From Chlamydiales bacterium (GTDB lineage Bacteria > Chlamydiota > Chlamydiia > Chlamydiales > SM23-39): a DNA stretch of 64,000 nucleotides. Under the pieces are notes generated by a model. The model saw only the letters and a program-made list of their open reading frames with translations, was not told where the DNA came from and searched no databases. Below are positions 10,333 to 20,803 of the stretch, in pieces. A program made the translations under genes and the position numbers. Each line of letters begins with the position of its first letter. The first letter of the stretch is position 1. The stretch spans positions 207,490 through 271,489 of the forward strand of contig OZ253438.1 of assembly GCA_965261025.1 (NCBI GenBank). The letters are read 5' to 3'.

Positions 10333-13300
10333 TTAAATAGAGCTCTTTTTGAGGGCTTTGATCTTTTCTCGAAGTAGTTCGAAGCAGCAGTAAATTACAG
10401 GAGTTAGAAAAAGGGTCAGTATTTGAGAGAAGATAAGACCTCCCATAATTACCATCCCTAACGGTCTTCTGGAAACAGCATTAGATCCTCCTATTCCTAG
10501 GGCAATGGGAATGGCTCCCATGAGGGCGGAGAGGCTAGTCATAAAAATAGGACGGAATCGGATTAAGCTAGCTTCTACAATGGCATCATAAGCATTTTTT
10601 CCTTTAGAAAGAGAGAGGTTAGCAAAGTCTACCATCATAATTCCATTTTTCATTACGATCCCAACCAAAAGAAGTACTCCTACAAAAGAGTATAGAGAAA
10701 GAGCTTCCCCCGTCAGATACAGAGTAGAAAAGCCTCCAAAAGTAGCAGGGAAAAGAGCGCTTAAAACAGTAAGGGGATGAATAAAACTCTCATATAGGAT
10801 ACCTAAAATTACGTAGATCACAAAAACAGTAACCAGAAATAGAAAAGGTAAACTGGCAAAAGAAGACTGAAACACACTTGCGCTACCTTGAGATTTTCCG
10901 AATACTTGTTTAGGTAAAATTTGTGAGGCCTTTTTTTCAATTTTACTCAGGACAGCTCCCAAGGGAACTCCTTCTTTTAAGTTAAAAGAAACCGTAGCTG
11001 CAGGAAGAGCATTTACGTGGTTTACTGTTAAAGGGCCTACCCACTCCCTTACCTTAGTCACTTCTTTCAAAGGAACCATAACCCCTTGCTGATTTTTTAG
11101 ATAAAGAGAGGATAAAACGCTCGGGTCTTTGTAGAAAGAAGGAAGCGTTTCCATGATAACATCATACTGATTGATGGGGGTATTGATGGTAGAGATTTTA
11201 TTATCAGAATAAGCAAGGTTAAAAAGAGTTTGAATATCCTGCGCTGTAAGTCCCAGATCTGAGGCTTTATTTCGTAAAATAGTTATTTCCAACTGCGGCT
11301 GAGAAATTTGTAAATCAGAGGAAACTTGGGTAACACCGTCTATAGAGCTGATAGCTTGCATGAACCGGGGCACTACTTCATAAAGAGTTTTTGCCTCCAA
11401 ACTGGTAAGGGCATATTGGTAAAGACCTTTTAGAGTAATCCCGATTTGTAAGTTAATAGTAGGAAGGGGGGCAAGGTAGGTATCTATACCAGGGATTTCT
11501 CCGGTTTTTTGCATAATTTCACTGATTACAGGGAAGATAGAAGATCTTTGATGAAAGGGCTTCAAAGAGAGAAACAGAAAACCCTGGTTATCTGAGGCAG
11601 TACCTTCTACAGAAGAAACAGAGATACAAGTTTGTACAGCCGGATTTTCTATAATGGTTTTAGCAACTTCCTCTTGATAACTTTTCATAGCATTGGGGGA
11701 AGTTCCATCCCTTGCTTGGGTAAATCCTTGGATAAAACCTTGGTCTTCCACAGGTAGAAAGTCCTTTGGCAGAACAGAAGCTAAGACAAAAGATCCTATA
11801 GCACTAGAAAAACCTATAAACAGTAGAAGGATTTTATGATGTAAAGACCAATGAAGCCCCTTTTCATAAAAATGAGTCATTTTGGAAAAGCAAAAATGGG
11901 CTATTTTTTCCATCTTGGTGGTAGTTTCTTTCTTCGGAATAAAATGGCTACAAAGAAGGGGGGTCAAAGTTAAGGAAATGAATCCAGACATTAAGACAGC
12001 TACGATAATGGTAACAGAAAACTCTTGAAACAGCCTCCCCACAATCCCTGGCATAAAGAACATAGGAATAAATACTGCTGCAAGGCAAAGAGTCATAGAA
12101 AAAATGGTAGTGCTAATTTCTTTAGAGCCCTCTATGCTAGCTAAAGTGGGATCTTTTCCCATCTGAACGTGCCTTACATTGTTTTCTAAAACTACGATTG
12201 CATCATCGACTAAAAATCCAATGGAGAGTGTGAAGGCAAGTAAAGATAAAATATCCAAAGAAAATCCCCCTAAAAAAAGAAAGGGAAGGGTTCCTAAAAG
12301 AGACATAGGGATAGCCACAGAAGGAATAGCGGTATTTACCATTTTCCCTAAAGTGAAATAGATGATTAAAACCACTAAAACAAAGGCTACAAAAACAGTG
12401 AGTTTTACCTCGTCTACCGAATTTTGGATGATATCTGCTTTTTTAAAGAGGGTATTGTATTTCAAAGAAGCTGGTAAAAGCTTCTGGATAGAAGGGAGTG
12501 TTTTTTCTAGACGATTTGTGACCTCTACCGTATTTGAGCCAGGTAGAGTTTGTATAGCGATGACAATACAAGACTCTTTCTTCCCTTTCTGATACAGATT
12601 TAAAGAGAATTTATCATCTTCTAAAGAGTTTAAAGCTTTTCCTATATCGGAGATTTTAACTAACGCTCCTGCCTCTGCTTTTACTGCTAAGCAGTTGTAT
12701 TCTTCTGCATTATAAAGCTGTCCTTCTACATCGATAGTATGCTCTTCTTTAGGTCCGAATAAAGCTCCTGTGGGAAGGTCAACATTTCCTTGTTGAATGG
12801 CTCTTGCTACTTCATTGAGTCCGATATTTTTTGCTGCTAGCTTTTCAGGATCTACCTGAATACGAGCCGCAAAAGGAGATCCATAGGTAATCACCTGAGA
12901 TATCCCTTCTATTGTGCTAAGTCTTTGCCCAATAAAGGTATTTCCATAATCATAGAGTTTTGCCTGATCCATAACAGGAGAGGTAATAGCCATATAAAAG
13001 ATAGGGGTTTGAGCAGGGTTTACTTTTCGATAGTAAGGGTTAAAAGGAAGGTTTTCAGGAAGATTGGGAATGGCTCTACTAATTGCTGCTTCTACATCTA
13101 ACGAAGCCGTATCTAAAGACTTTTCTAAAGAAAATTGAAGAAGCAAAATAGTAGATCCTGTTTTATTTGAAGAGACAATAATACTTAGTCCATCAATCGT
13201 CATGAATTCTTTTTCTAAAGGGGTAGCTACCGTATTAGCCATAGTTTCAGGATTAGCCCCTGGGTAGGAAGCAATTACTTCAATGGTAGGAAATTCTACG

Positions 13301-13416
13301 TTCGGTAGATTACTCACAGGAAGACGATAGTAGCTAAAAACCCCAAAAAATAATAAGGAGAGCATTACAAGGCTCGTCATCACAGGTCTTTTAATAAAAG
13401 GCTCTGAAAGATTCAT
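10333..13416 (-). CDS. RND-family efflux transporter, inner-membrane permease (AcrB/HAE1-like)
   Basis: 1027 aa with an N-terminal FIKRPVMTSLVMLSLLFFG. Shows the two-large-loop, 12-TM organisation typical of AcrB-type pumps and overlaps the upstream MFP gene by 4 nt. Confidence 0.9.
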   Translation of the reverse strand: MNLSEPFIKRPVMTSLVMLSLLFFGVFSYYRLPVSNLPNVEFPTIEVIASYPGANPETMANTVATPLEKEFMTIDGLSIIVSSNKTGSTILLLQFSLEKSLDTASLDVEAAISRAIPNLPENLPFNPYYRKVNPAQTPIFYMAITSPVMDQAKLYDYGNTFIGQRLSTIEGISQVITYGSPFAARIQVDPEKLAAKNIGLNEVARAIQQGNVDLPTGALFGPKEEHTIDVEGQLYNAEEYNCLAVKAEAGALVKISDIGKALNSLEDDKFSLNLYQKGKKESCIVIAIQTLPGSNTVEVTNRLEKTLPSIQKLLPASLKYNTLFKKADIIQNSVDEVKLTVFVAFVLVVLIIYFTLGKMVNTAIPSVAIPMSLLGTLPFLFLGGFSLDILSLLAFTLSIGFLVDDAIVVLENNVRHVQMGKDPTLASIEGSKEISTTIFSMTLCLAAVFIPMFFMPGIVGRLFQEFSVTIIVAVLMSGFISLTLTPLLCSHFIPKKETTTKMEKIAHFCFSKMTHFYEKGLHWSLHHKILLLFIGFSSAIGSFVLASVLPKDFLPVEDQGFIQGFTQARDGTSPNAMKSYQEEVAKTIIENPAVQTCISVSSVEGTASDNQGFLFLSLKPFHQRSSIFPVISEIMQKTGEIPGIDTYLAPLPTINLQIGITLKGLYQYALTSLEAKTLYEVVPRFMQAISSIDGVTQVSSDLQISQPQLEITILRNKASDLGLTAQDIQTLFNLAYSDNKISTINTPINQYDVIMETLPSFYKDPSVLSSLYLKNQQGVMVPLKEVTKVREWVGPLTVNHVNALPAATVSFNLKEGVPLGAVLSKIEKKASQILPKQVFGKSQGSASVFQSSFASLPFLFLVTVFVIYVILGILYESFIHPLTVLSALFPATFGGFSTLYLTGEALSLYSFVGVLLLVGIVMKNGIMMVDFANLSLSKGKNAYDAIVEASLIRFRPIFMTSLSALMGAIPIALGIGGSNAVSRRPLGMVIMGGLIFSQILTLFLTPVIYCCFELLREKIKALKKSSI

Positions 13417-14495
13417 AGGCTATTTTTTACTGTTACCAAAGAAGAGGGGGTCAGATTTATCTGCCCTTCTGTGATTACTTTCTCTTTTTCTGAAAGACCT
13501 TCTTTAATCACAACAATTCCTTGTTGTTTTATTCCCAAGATCACTTTTTTTAAACAGACCCTTTGATTTTCTCCCAAAACAAATACCTTGGGACCTTCTG
13601 TAGTTTTTAAAATAGCAGAAGAAGGGATAGTAAGCGCCCCCTTTTCCTCCGTTAGAAAGAGGCGAACCCTTACAAACTGGTTGGGCCAAAGCTCTTCTTG
13701 TTTATTTTCAAAAAGAGCTCTTAATTGAATCATTCCTGTTTTTTTATCTATTTGGTTATCAATTGTTTCTAAGACTCCTTCCTGAAGGAGGTTTTCTGAT
13801 TTTTCGAAAGAGGCTTCTACTTTTAGAGGAGACTGCTTATGAAAATGTTGGACCTTTATTAGATCTATTTCAGCAATAGAGAAAGTAACGTATATCGGAG
13901 ATATTTGGTTTAAAGTCACTAGAACCTGATGGGTATTTGCCTTAATGAGATTTCCCTTATCTATTTTTACAATGCCCGTTTTTCCAGAAAAGGGGGCATA
14001 AAGGTGACAGTATCCCAGATTAATTTTGGCATTAAGTAGGCTGGCTTCGTCTTCGGCAACAAGCGCTTGATTTTTTTTGTAATCCGCTACATAAGAGTCA
14101 AAATCAAACTGGGATACATACTCCTGCTTTACAAGATCTTGGTATCTTGCTACTTTCTCTTGGGCAAGTTTTAAGGAGGTAAGGTCTTGTTCCAGCTGCG
14201 CTTTTGCCTTTTCCAAAGAAGCTTCAAAGGGTCTAGGATCAATGCTAAAAAGCAAAGCTCCTTCTTCCACTGTTTCTCCCTCTTCAAAAAAAACATCGAT
14301 GAGCTCACCTTCTACTCGGGAAGTAATATCTGCAGCAAGTATGGGTTCCACGTGTCCTATGGTTTCTAGGTAGAGAGGGACGTTTTGTTTTTTTACTTCC
14401 GCAATTTTTACAGGAAAAGAAGAGGTAGAAGGGGTAGGTGTGGATTGAGTGCAGCTACAAAAAAGAAAAAAGAAGGCTAAAAGCAGTTTTTGCAT
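13413..14495 (-). CDS. RND efflux membrane-fusion (periplasmic adaptor) protein
   Basis: 360 aa with a signal peptide and lipobox-like LFCSC. Has a coiled-coil hairpin segment (LEKAKAQLEQDLTSLKLAQEKVARYQDL) flanked by beta-rich regions and sits between the OMF and RND genes. Confidence 0.85.
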   Translation of the reverse strand: MQKLLLAFFFLFCSCTQSTPTPSTSSFPVKIAEVKKQNVPLYLETIGHVEPILAADITSRVEGELIDVFFEEGETVEEGALLFSIDPRPFEASLEKAKAQLEQDLTSLKLAQEKVARYQDLVKQEYVSQFDFDSYVADYKKNQALVAEDEASLLNAKINLGYCHLYAPFSGKTGIVKIDKGNLIKANTHQVLVTLNQISPIYVTFSIAEIDLIKVQHFHKQSPLKVEASFEKSENLLQEGVLETIDNQIDKKTGMIQLRALFENKQEELWPNQFVRVRLFLTEEKGALTIPSSAILKTTEGPKVFVLGENQRVCLKKVILGIKQQGIVVIKEGLSEKEKVITEGQINLTPSSLVTVKNSL

Positions 14496-16015
14496 AATTT
14501 TCCTGTAGAAGAAGGTTTCTTTTTTAAAACCCCTGTTGCAAAAGCCAGATTTGCTAAGGAGCTATACCAGTTTTTTTTAGCCAAAACATATTTGGCTCTG
14601 GCGTTTGCTAAAGAACTCTGTGCCGAGAGAAGATCTAAAATAGTATTTACACCTGCTAGATAGTTTTGAGAAGCTATGGTGAATTGTAATTCACTGTTTT
14701 GTAAAAACTCTTCCGAGTAGTGCAAAGAATCACTAGCGCTTTTTAATTCGCTATGGGCCACACATACATCCTGGATGACATTTAGCTCTTTTTGTCTTTT
14801 TAAAGCCCTGCTTTTTACCAAAGAGGCAAGAGCCTTTTTTTCTCCGTTCCTATAGTAAAAACCTTGAAAGATAGGAAAGGACAAGGAGAGGGTTAAATTA
14901 TAGTGATATTTATCAGAGATTCCTGCGCTTTTCCAATTTTTCCCTACATCAAAAGACCCATCCAAAATGGGGCGAGAAGCCGCTTTTGCTGAAGCTAAAT
15001 GGGCTTCTGAGGCTTGTACTTCAAAGGAAGCTGTTTGTAAATCGGGCCTTTTTCTTTGTGCTTGTCTTACCAAGGCTTTTACTGTTTCTAACATAGGTGT
15101 TTGGCACACTTTTTCAGGAAGATCTTTCACTTCAAAAGAAAAGTGAGCAGGAACTCCCATATCAGTTGCTAAAGTAGCAAAAGTGGTATCTACTACTTTT
15201 TTTTGCTGGATCATCTCAATAGTTTTCTGTAAAAAAATTGATTTTGCTTGAGCAAGATCCGACAAATTTGCAACCCCTGTCTCTTTTTTTTTCTCAGAAG
15301 CTTTTAAGGTAGCCTCTGCTGACTTCACGTCTTCTTGTAAGGCGTTAAAAAGCTCTTTTTGGTAGATATAATCGTAATAGCTATTCATGACTTTTTTCAG
15401 TACTGATTGGATTTGTTGGTTATGATCTGAGTCAGCTGCATAGAGAGAATACAAGGCTTTTTCTGAAGAGCTTTTTCTTTGACCAAAATCAAAAATAGTA
15501 TAGGAAAGCTTTAGTTCGGGAGTAATTTGGTAGTAGTTAGAGGAAGAGTCTTGAAAGTCCGAATCACTTCGAGGACTAAGAAGAGAAGAGGAAGAAAAAG
15601 CCTCTTTTTGTTTTAGGTAAGAGCCTTGAAAAGATAGGCTGGGAAAATAGGAAGAAAGAGATTGAGAATAGCTAGCAGCTTGTACTCTCGCTTCAGCCCA
15701 GGAGATTTTTGTATTTGGGTTATTCTGCAGGGAAATATCAATAATCTCAGCTAAGGAAAGCTCTTCTTTTTTGCCTTCCTCAGGTAAAAGGGAGACAAAA
15801 TCTTGCAGCAAAAAACTAGAGTCCTCTTCTTCTTCCCAAAAAGAAGAAGGAGAAGAAGGGACATAACTATAAGGATTTACAAGAGCATTTTTAGAACAGG
15901 AACAGAAAAAAAGAAGTATCCAAAACAGATTCTTTCCTAAAGAACAAGTCGTAGAATTTCTTTTTTTGCATATATTCTTTTGACTATATAAGAAGACGAA
16001 AGAAAACCTAGCCAT
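14477..16015 (-). CDS. Outer-membrane efflux factor (TolC/NodT-like lipoprotein); start codon uncertain
   Basis: 512 aa with a lipobox-like LLFFCSCSKN and two TolC-type helical/beta repeats. First gene of the OMF-MFP-RND operon; overlaps the MFP gene by 19 nt. Confidence 0.8.
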   Translation of the reverse strand: MARFSFVFLYSQKNICKKRNSTTCSLGKNLFWILLFFCSCSKNALVNPYSYVPSSPSSFWEEEEDSSFLLQDFVSLLPEEGKKEELSLAEIIDISLQNNPNTKISWAEARVQAASYSQSLSSYFPSLSFQGSYLKQKEAFSSSSLLSPRSDSDFQDSSSNYYQITPELKLSYTIFDFGQRKSSSEKALYSLYAADSDHNQQIQSVLKKVMNSYYDYIYQKELFNALQEDVKSAEATLKASEKKKETGVANLSDLAQAKSIFLQKTIEMIQQKKVVDTTFATLATDMGVPAHFSFEVKDLPEKVCQTPMLETVKALVRQAQRKRPDLQTASFEVQASEAHLASAKAASRPILDGSFDVGKNWKSAGISDKYHYNLTLSLSFPIFQGFYYRNGEKKALASLVKSRALKRQKELNVIQDVCVAHSELKSASDSLHYSEEFLQNSELQFTIASQNYLAGVNTILDLLSAQSSLANARAKYVLAKKNWYSSLANLAFATGVLKKKPSSTGKLCKNCF

Positions 16016-16060
16016 TTCTCTTTTTTGTAAGAAGCCACTTTTAAGCTTCTTTTAAAAAGG

Positions 16061-17524
16061 CTAGCGTTTGGCGTCAAGTTTTTTGTGAAAAAGAGCATTG
16101 ACTAGTTCAGGAGAAGCCTTTCCTTTGGTAAGTTTCATTACCTGACCTACTAAAAAAGCAAAGGCTTTCGTTTTTCCCTGACGGTAGTCTTGGATAGATT
16201 GGGTATTTTCTTGAAGTACTTGGTCTACCAAGAGCTCGATTTGTGAAGAATCATCAATCACCCGATAATCAGGATTTTCTTGGAGGAATTCTTTCGGGCT
16301 TTTTTCAGGGTATACAAGCATATCATCTGCGATGCATTTAGCAATCTTTCCAGAGATAGTCTTCTTACAGATAAGCTCTACTAGCTCTGCTACATGTTTG
16401 GGAGCAAGGAGGGAGGTATGAAGCATTTCCCCTTTTTCTTTGAATCTTCCTACAAATTCAACTAAGATCCAATTCGCTAAAATTCTAGCTTCCTCGGTAT
16501 ATTTCAAAGCTTCCTCAAAATAGTCGGAAAGATCCTTCTCTAAAACTAAATAAGAAGCTAGCTGTCTAGGAAGTTTTAACTCTTGCAGATACCTTTCTAA
16601 TCTTTGATAAGGGAGCTCCGGCATTTCTTTTTTCACGGCATCCAAGAAGTCTTGGGAAAGACAAAGGGGGGGAAGATCTGGCTCTGGAAAATAGCGATAG
16701 TCTGCTGCTTTTTCTTTCCTTCGCATTAAAATAAGACTCTTTCTTACAGAATCCCAGCGGTAAGTAGCCTGCTGTATCACTTGATCAAAGGGTTTATCTG
16801 GGTATTTTTCATAGAGAGAGATTTGTCTTTGTGCTTCCGCTTCGATGGCCATCTCCATAAAGGCAAAAGAGTTCATATTTTTAATCTCGGTTTTTGTGCG
16901 AAGCTCCTTAGAGCCCTTAGGTCTTACTGAGACGTTTACATCCATTCTTAAAGATCCTTCTTCCATGTTACAGTCAGAGGCCTTTAGATACTGAAAAATT
17001 GCCTTAATAGCTCTTGCAAAAGAAGAGGCTTCCTCTTTAGAATGCATGCAGGGGGTAGAGACAATTTCTATTAAAGGAACGCCAGATCGGTTGTAATCAA
17101 TTCCTGCAAAGTGATGAAAATGCTTGAGCATACCCGCATCATCTTCTAAATGAGCTTGATGAATCATAAAAGGTTGCAAAGTACCTGCTACCTCAGCAAA
17201 AACAGTCCCCCCTTTTATAAGGGGATTTTCAAATTGGGTAATCTGAAAATTTCTGGGGCTGTCAGGGTAGAAATAAGATTTTCGATCGAAGGTGGTAATA
17301 GGACTCATTTTAGCTCCTATCGCTAGCCCAAATAAAACAGCCTTTTTCACTGCTTCCTCGTTTAAAAGAGGAAGAGCTCCAGGTTGCCCTGTGCATATTT
17401 CACTGATATTTGTATTAGGTTCCTCCCCAAAATGGTTGGCAGCAGGACTAAATAATTTCGTGTTAGTTTCTGTGAGCTGAACGTGAATCTCTAGTCCAAT
17501 GACTATTTCCCACTTTTTCATCAA
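16061..17524 (-). CDS. gatB: Asp/Glu-tRNA amidotransferase subunit B
   Basis: 487 aa. The N-terminal WEIVIGLEIHVQL, QAHLEDDAGM and the C-terminal YqeY-like tail are typical of GatB. Overlaps gatA by 4 nt. Confidence 0.95.
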   Translation of the reverse strand: MMKKWEIVIGLEIHVQLTETNTKLFSPAANHFGEEPNTNISEICTGQPGALPLLNEEAVKKAVLFGLAIGAKMSPITTFDRKSYFYPDSPRNFQITQFENPLIKGGTVFAEVAGTLQPFMIHQAHLEDDAGMLKHFHHFAGIDYNRSGVPLIEIVSTPCMHSKEEASSFARAIKAIFQYLKASDCNMEEGSLRMDVNVSVRPKGSKELRTKTEIKNMNSFAFMEMAIEAEAQRQISLYEKYPDKPFDQVIQQATYRWDSVRKSLILMRRKEKAADYRYFPEPDLPPLCLSQDFLDAVKKEMPELPYQRLERYLQELKLPRQLASYLVLEKDLSDYFEEALKYTEEARILANWILVEFVGRFKEKGEMLHTSLLAPKHVAELVELICKKTISGKIAKCIADDMLVYPEKSPKEFLQENPDYRVIDDSSQIELLVDQVLQENTQSIQDYRQGKTKAFAFLVGQVMKLTKGKASPELVNALFHKKLDAKR

Positions 17525-18993
17525 GAGATCTCCCTATCAAAAAGAGGGGGGATCTTTCTATGCTCTGGATAAGCTTTTTCAAAAGCATACCCGCTAAGAA
17601 TTACCTTTTTATCATGAAGTTGAGGTCCCAAAAATTGCATTCCCAAGGGTCTATTTTCCTTATCAAAACCAGCTGGCATAGAAAGAGCAGGAAGTCCTAC
17701 TAAATTAGCGCAAATGGTAAAGATATCCTGCAAATACATCTGTAAAGAGTCTTGGATAGAGCCCAAAGTAAAAGCCGCTTTTGCTGTAGTGGGAATTGCA
17801 ATCAAATCACACCGTTGAAAAGCTTTCTCAAAGGCCTCTATCATAAGAGTTCGCACTTTTTGGGCTTTTTGATAGTAGGCATCTTTAGATCCAGAAGAAA
17901 GGACATAAGTTCCCAGTAAAATTCTTTTCTTTACCTCTAAACCAAACCCCTCATCTCGGGAAAGATCATACACTTCCTCCAAAGATTTAGCCCTTTTGGA
18001 ACGAATCCCAAAGCGAATCCCATCGAAACGGGCTAAGTTAGTGGAAGCTTCTGCGGTAGCTAAGATGTAATAGACCGCAATAGAATATTTCAAGATCTTT
18101 AAGTCCACAGTTTCTATTTCCGCCCCTAAAGCTTTGAGCCTTTCCACATTTTCTTGAAAAGAAGCTAAAGAATCAGGCTCTAAAAATTCTAAAAAACCCC
18201 AGGGGATACCAATTTTTTTCCCCTTTAAGCTTTCTGAGCAGCCATCAAAATAAGGCTCCGCTGGTAAATCCAAGCAGGTAGCATCTTTTTTACAAGGCTG
18301 ACCTATAGTTTCCATCATCAAAGCACAGTCCAAGGAAGAAGTTCCAATAGGGCCTATTTGGTCAAGAGAAGAGCCAAAGGCTACAAGACCATAGCGAGAA
18401 ACCCTTCCGTAGGTAGGCTTGAAGCCATAGACACCGCAGAATGAGGCGGGCTGCCTTATAGAACCTCCTGTGTCAGAACCGGTTGCCAGAGGAACTAACC
18501 GAGCTGCTACAGCAGCAGAAGAGCCCCCGGAAGATCCTCCCGGAGATAAAGTTAAATTCCAAGGATTTTTAGAAGGGAAAAAAGAGGAGTTTTCCATAGA
18601 AGATCCCATCGCAAATTCGTCTAGATTAGTTTTGCCGATAAGCAGAGCGTCTTCTCTTTCCATCAAAGAGGCAGCTGTAGAAGAAAAAGGCGCTTTGTAA
18701 TTTTTTAAAAACTGAGAAGAACAAGTGGTAAGCTCTCCTTCAAGATGCATATTGTCTTTTAAGGCAATAGGAACGGCAGCAAGTTTTCCTAAAGGTTCTT
18801 TTTTTTCTCTTTTTTTATCTAATTCCAGGGCCTTTTTCTCTATCCTTTCAGAAAAGACTTGTAGAAAGGCTTGCGTTTTCTTATCAAAAGAAGTAATTCT
18901 TCTGAGAAAATAGGAAGCGATCTCCCTAGCAGAGAGCTTTTTTTCTAAAAACAGAGAGCGGATTTCAAAAGCACTTTTTTGATAAAGATCCAT
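17521..18993 (-). CDS. gatA: Asp/Glu-tRNA amidotransferase subunit A
   Basis: 490 aa with the amidase signature GGSSGGSSAAVAA...GSDTGGSIRQPASFCG. Confidence 0.95.
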   Translation of the reverse strand: MDLYQKSAFEIRSLFLEKKLSAREIASYFLRRITSFDKKTQAFLQVFSERIEKKALELDKKREKKEPLGKLAAVPIALKDNMHLEGELTTCSSQFLKNYKAPFSSTAASLMEREDALLIGKTNLDEFAMGSSMENSSFFPSKNPWNLTLSPGGSSGGSSAAVAARLVPLATGSDTGGSIRQPASFCGVYGFKPTYGRVSRYGLVAFGSSLDQIGPIGTSSLDCALMMETIGQPCKKDATCLDLPAEPYFDGCSESLKGKKIGIPWGFLEFLEPDSLASFQENVERLKALGAEIETVDLKILKYSIAVYYILATAEASTNLARFDGIRFGIRSKRAKSLEEVYDLSRDEGFGLEVKKRILLGTYVLSSGSKDAYYQKAQKVRTLMIEAFEKAFQRCDLIAIPTTAKAAFTLGSIQDSLQMYLQDIFTICANLVGLPALSMPAGFDKENRPLGMQFLGPQLHDKKVILSGYAFEKAYPEHRKIPPLFDREIS

Positions 18994-18995
18994 AG

Positions 18996-19358
18996 CTATT
19001 CTTCCGGTTTCAAAACAGGAGGGACCTTAACCATTGCGGCAACTACCTCGGGGACATTCTGTAGAAAGGCTTTTTGTGTAAAAGACGAGTCTATTTCATC
19101 TTTTCGCATTTTCAACTGGACTAAAGAACCCAAAACATGATTGCAAGGTTTTACTTTTTCTGTATCTATTTCCTGTAGCAACTCCATATAACCGATAATT
19201 TTTTGCAGACTCTCCAAGATCTCTTTTTCCTCAGAAGGCTTACAATCGATACGGGAGAGTTTTTCCAAGTTTTGCAAAAAGGAGGGGCCGAGCTCTTCTT
19301 CCAAGAAAGTCTTCACGAGAAATTTCTCCTTAAGGTTATGACTACAAAAGAGTTTCAT
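18996..19358 (-). CDS. gatC: Asp/Glu-tRNA amidotransferase subunit C (start ambiguous)
   Basis: Small ORF directly upstream of gatA with a C-terminal FLQNVPEVVAAMVKVPPVL typical of GatC. The ATG at 19358 gives 120 aa. An internal GTG at 19316 preceded by AAGGAG would give about 106 aa. Confidence 0.75.
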   Translation of the reverse strand: MKLFCSHNLKEKFLVKTFLEEELGPSFLQNLEKLSRIDCKPSEEKEILESLQKIIGYMELLQEIDTEKVKPCNHVLGSLVQLKMRKDEIDSSFTQKAFLQNVPEVVAAMVKVPPVLKPEE

Positions 19359-19564
19359 CTTAGCAAGAAAGTAAGGTTATGGTCAATCAAAATACCTATT
19401 TGTCTTGCTCATACAGGGAAAGATAAAGTATAATTTTAAGCAGACTCTAGCTTAAAAATACCAGGTGGCAGCTCCATAACATAAAGCTTATTTTAACCTT
19501 GCTCCCACAGCAATCCTTTCTTAGAATTGGTAATATTTCTCTAAATTGTTACAATGTCTTCCCT

Positions 19565-20803
19565 ATGAAAAAATTTAAAATTGTTACCCTAGGTTGTAGA
19601 ACAAATCAGTACGAGTCAGCTGCCTATACAGATCAGCTCAAAAAGCTGGGATATCTTCCTTGCTCAGAAGAAGAGCAAGCAGATATATGCATACTAAACA
19701 CTTGTACCGTAACTCATTCTGCCGATGTTCGTTCTAAAGCCAGTCTAAGGCAGCTTTTACATCAAAATCCTAAAGCGACTCTTTTCGTAACAGGATGCAT
19801 GGTAGAGGAAGCTAAAAAACAAATCCAGGAGGAAAGGGTTGTTTTTGTTCCGAATAAAGAAAAAGAAAACTTGATAGAGTGGGTTTTTCCAGAAGAGCAA
19901 AATCTACCCGAATTTTCTATAGAACAGTTTGAAGCACATACAAGAGCTTTTGTAAAAGTGCAAGATGGGTGTAATTCTTTTTGTAGCTACTGCATTATTC
20001 CCTATGTAAGGGGTAGATCTCGCTGTCGCTGTAGTAAAGAAGTAGTAGACGAGGTAAAAAATTTAATAAACCAGGGATATAAAGAAATTGTTTTGACAGG
20101 GATTAACATTGGGGACTATGAAGACGGGGAAAAAAACCTAGCTGATCTTGTGCGTGAAGTAGATCAGATTAAAGGGCTTCACAGGCTTCGACTCTCCTCC
20201 ATTGATGCAGATGAGGTGGATGGGAATTTAGTAGAGGCCATTTTGCAAGGAAAAACTACGTGCCCTAGTATGCATATCGTCTTACAGTCTGGTTCAAATG
20301 TCATCTTAAAGAAAATGAATCGGAAATATACCCGCCAGATCTTCTTGGATACAGTAGAAAAATTGAGAAAAGAAAACTCTGATTTCACTGTAACTACTGA
20401 TGTAATTGTGGGATTTCCGGGGGAAACAGAAGAAGATTTTTGTGATACCTTGGAAGTAATAGAGAAAGTTCGCTTTGCTAAAGTGCATATGTTTCCCTTT
20501 AGTCCTAGGAAAAGAACTAAAGCAGCCACTTTTTTAAACCAGATAGATCCAAAAACTATTCAAATAAGAAAAAGAAAACTTTTACAAAAAGCAGAGGAGG
20601 TAGCCTTTTTATTAAGGGAGAAGTTCGTGGGAAGAAAAGTACCTGTTTTACTAGAAGAAAGGGTCTCTAAAGATTATATAGCAGGGCATACTCCTAACTT
20701 TTTAAGAGTAAAAGTGGCTTCTTCTTCTTTAGAAAAAAATCAGATAGTAGAGGTTCTTTTACAGGAAAACCGAGAAGACGGATTTTTAGGGGTTACCTTA
20801 TGA
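19565..20803 (+). CDS. mtaB: MiaB/RimO-family radical-SAM methylthiotransferase, MtaB-like
   Basis: The N-terminal UPF0004 domain starts MKKFKIVTLGCRTNQYES. Has the radical-SAM CNSFCSYC (CX3CX2C) and a C-terminal TRAM-like region. The ATG at 19565 is preferred over the upstream TTG used in the ORF track. Confidence 0.8.
   Translation: MKKFKIVTLGCRTNQYESAAYTDQLKKLGYLPCSEEEQADICILNTCTVTHSADVRSKASLRQLLHQNPKATLFVTGCMVEEAKKQIQEERVVFVPNKEKENLIEWVFPEEQNLPEFSIEQFEAHTRAFVKVQDGCNSFCSYCIIPYVRGRSRCRCSKEVVDEVKNLINQGYKEIVLTGINIGDYEDGEKNLADLVREVDQIKGLHRLRLSSIDADEVDGNLVEAILQGKTTCPSMHIVLQSGSNVILKKMNRKYTRQIFLDTVEKLRKENSDFTVTTDVIVGFPGETEEDFCDTLEVIEKVRFAKVHMFPFSPRKRTKAATFLNQIDPKTIQIRKRKLLQKAEEVAFLLREKFVGRKVPVLLEERVSKDYIAGHTPNFLRVKVASSSLEKNQIVEVLLQENREDGFLGVTL

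Noticed and set aside
19405-19434. Sigma-70-like promoter TTGCTC-N18-TATAAT upstream of mtaB
   Set aside because: TATAAT-like hexamers arise by chance in this AT-rich sequence and the -35 element is weak. There is no independent support, so it is not reported as a feature.
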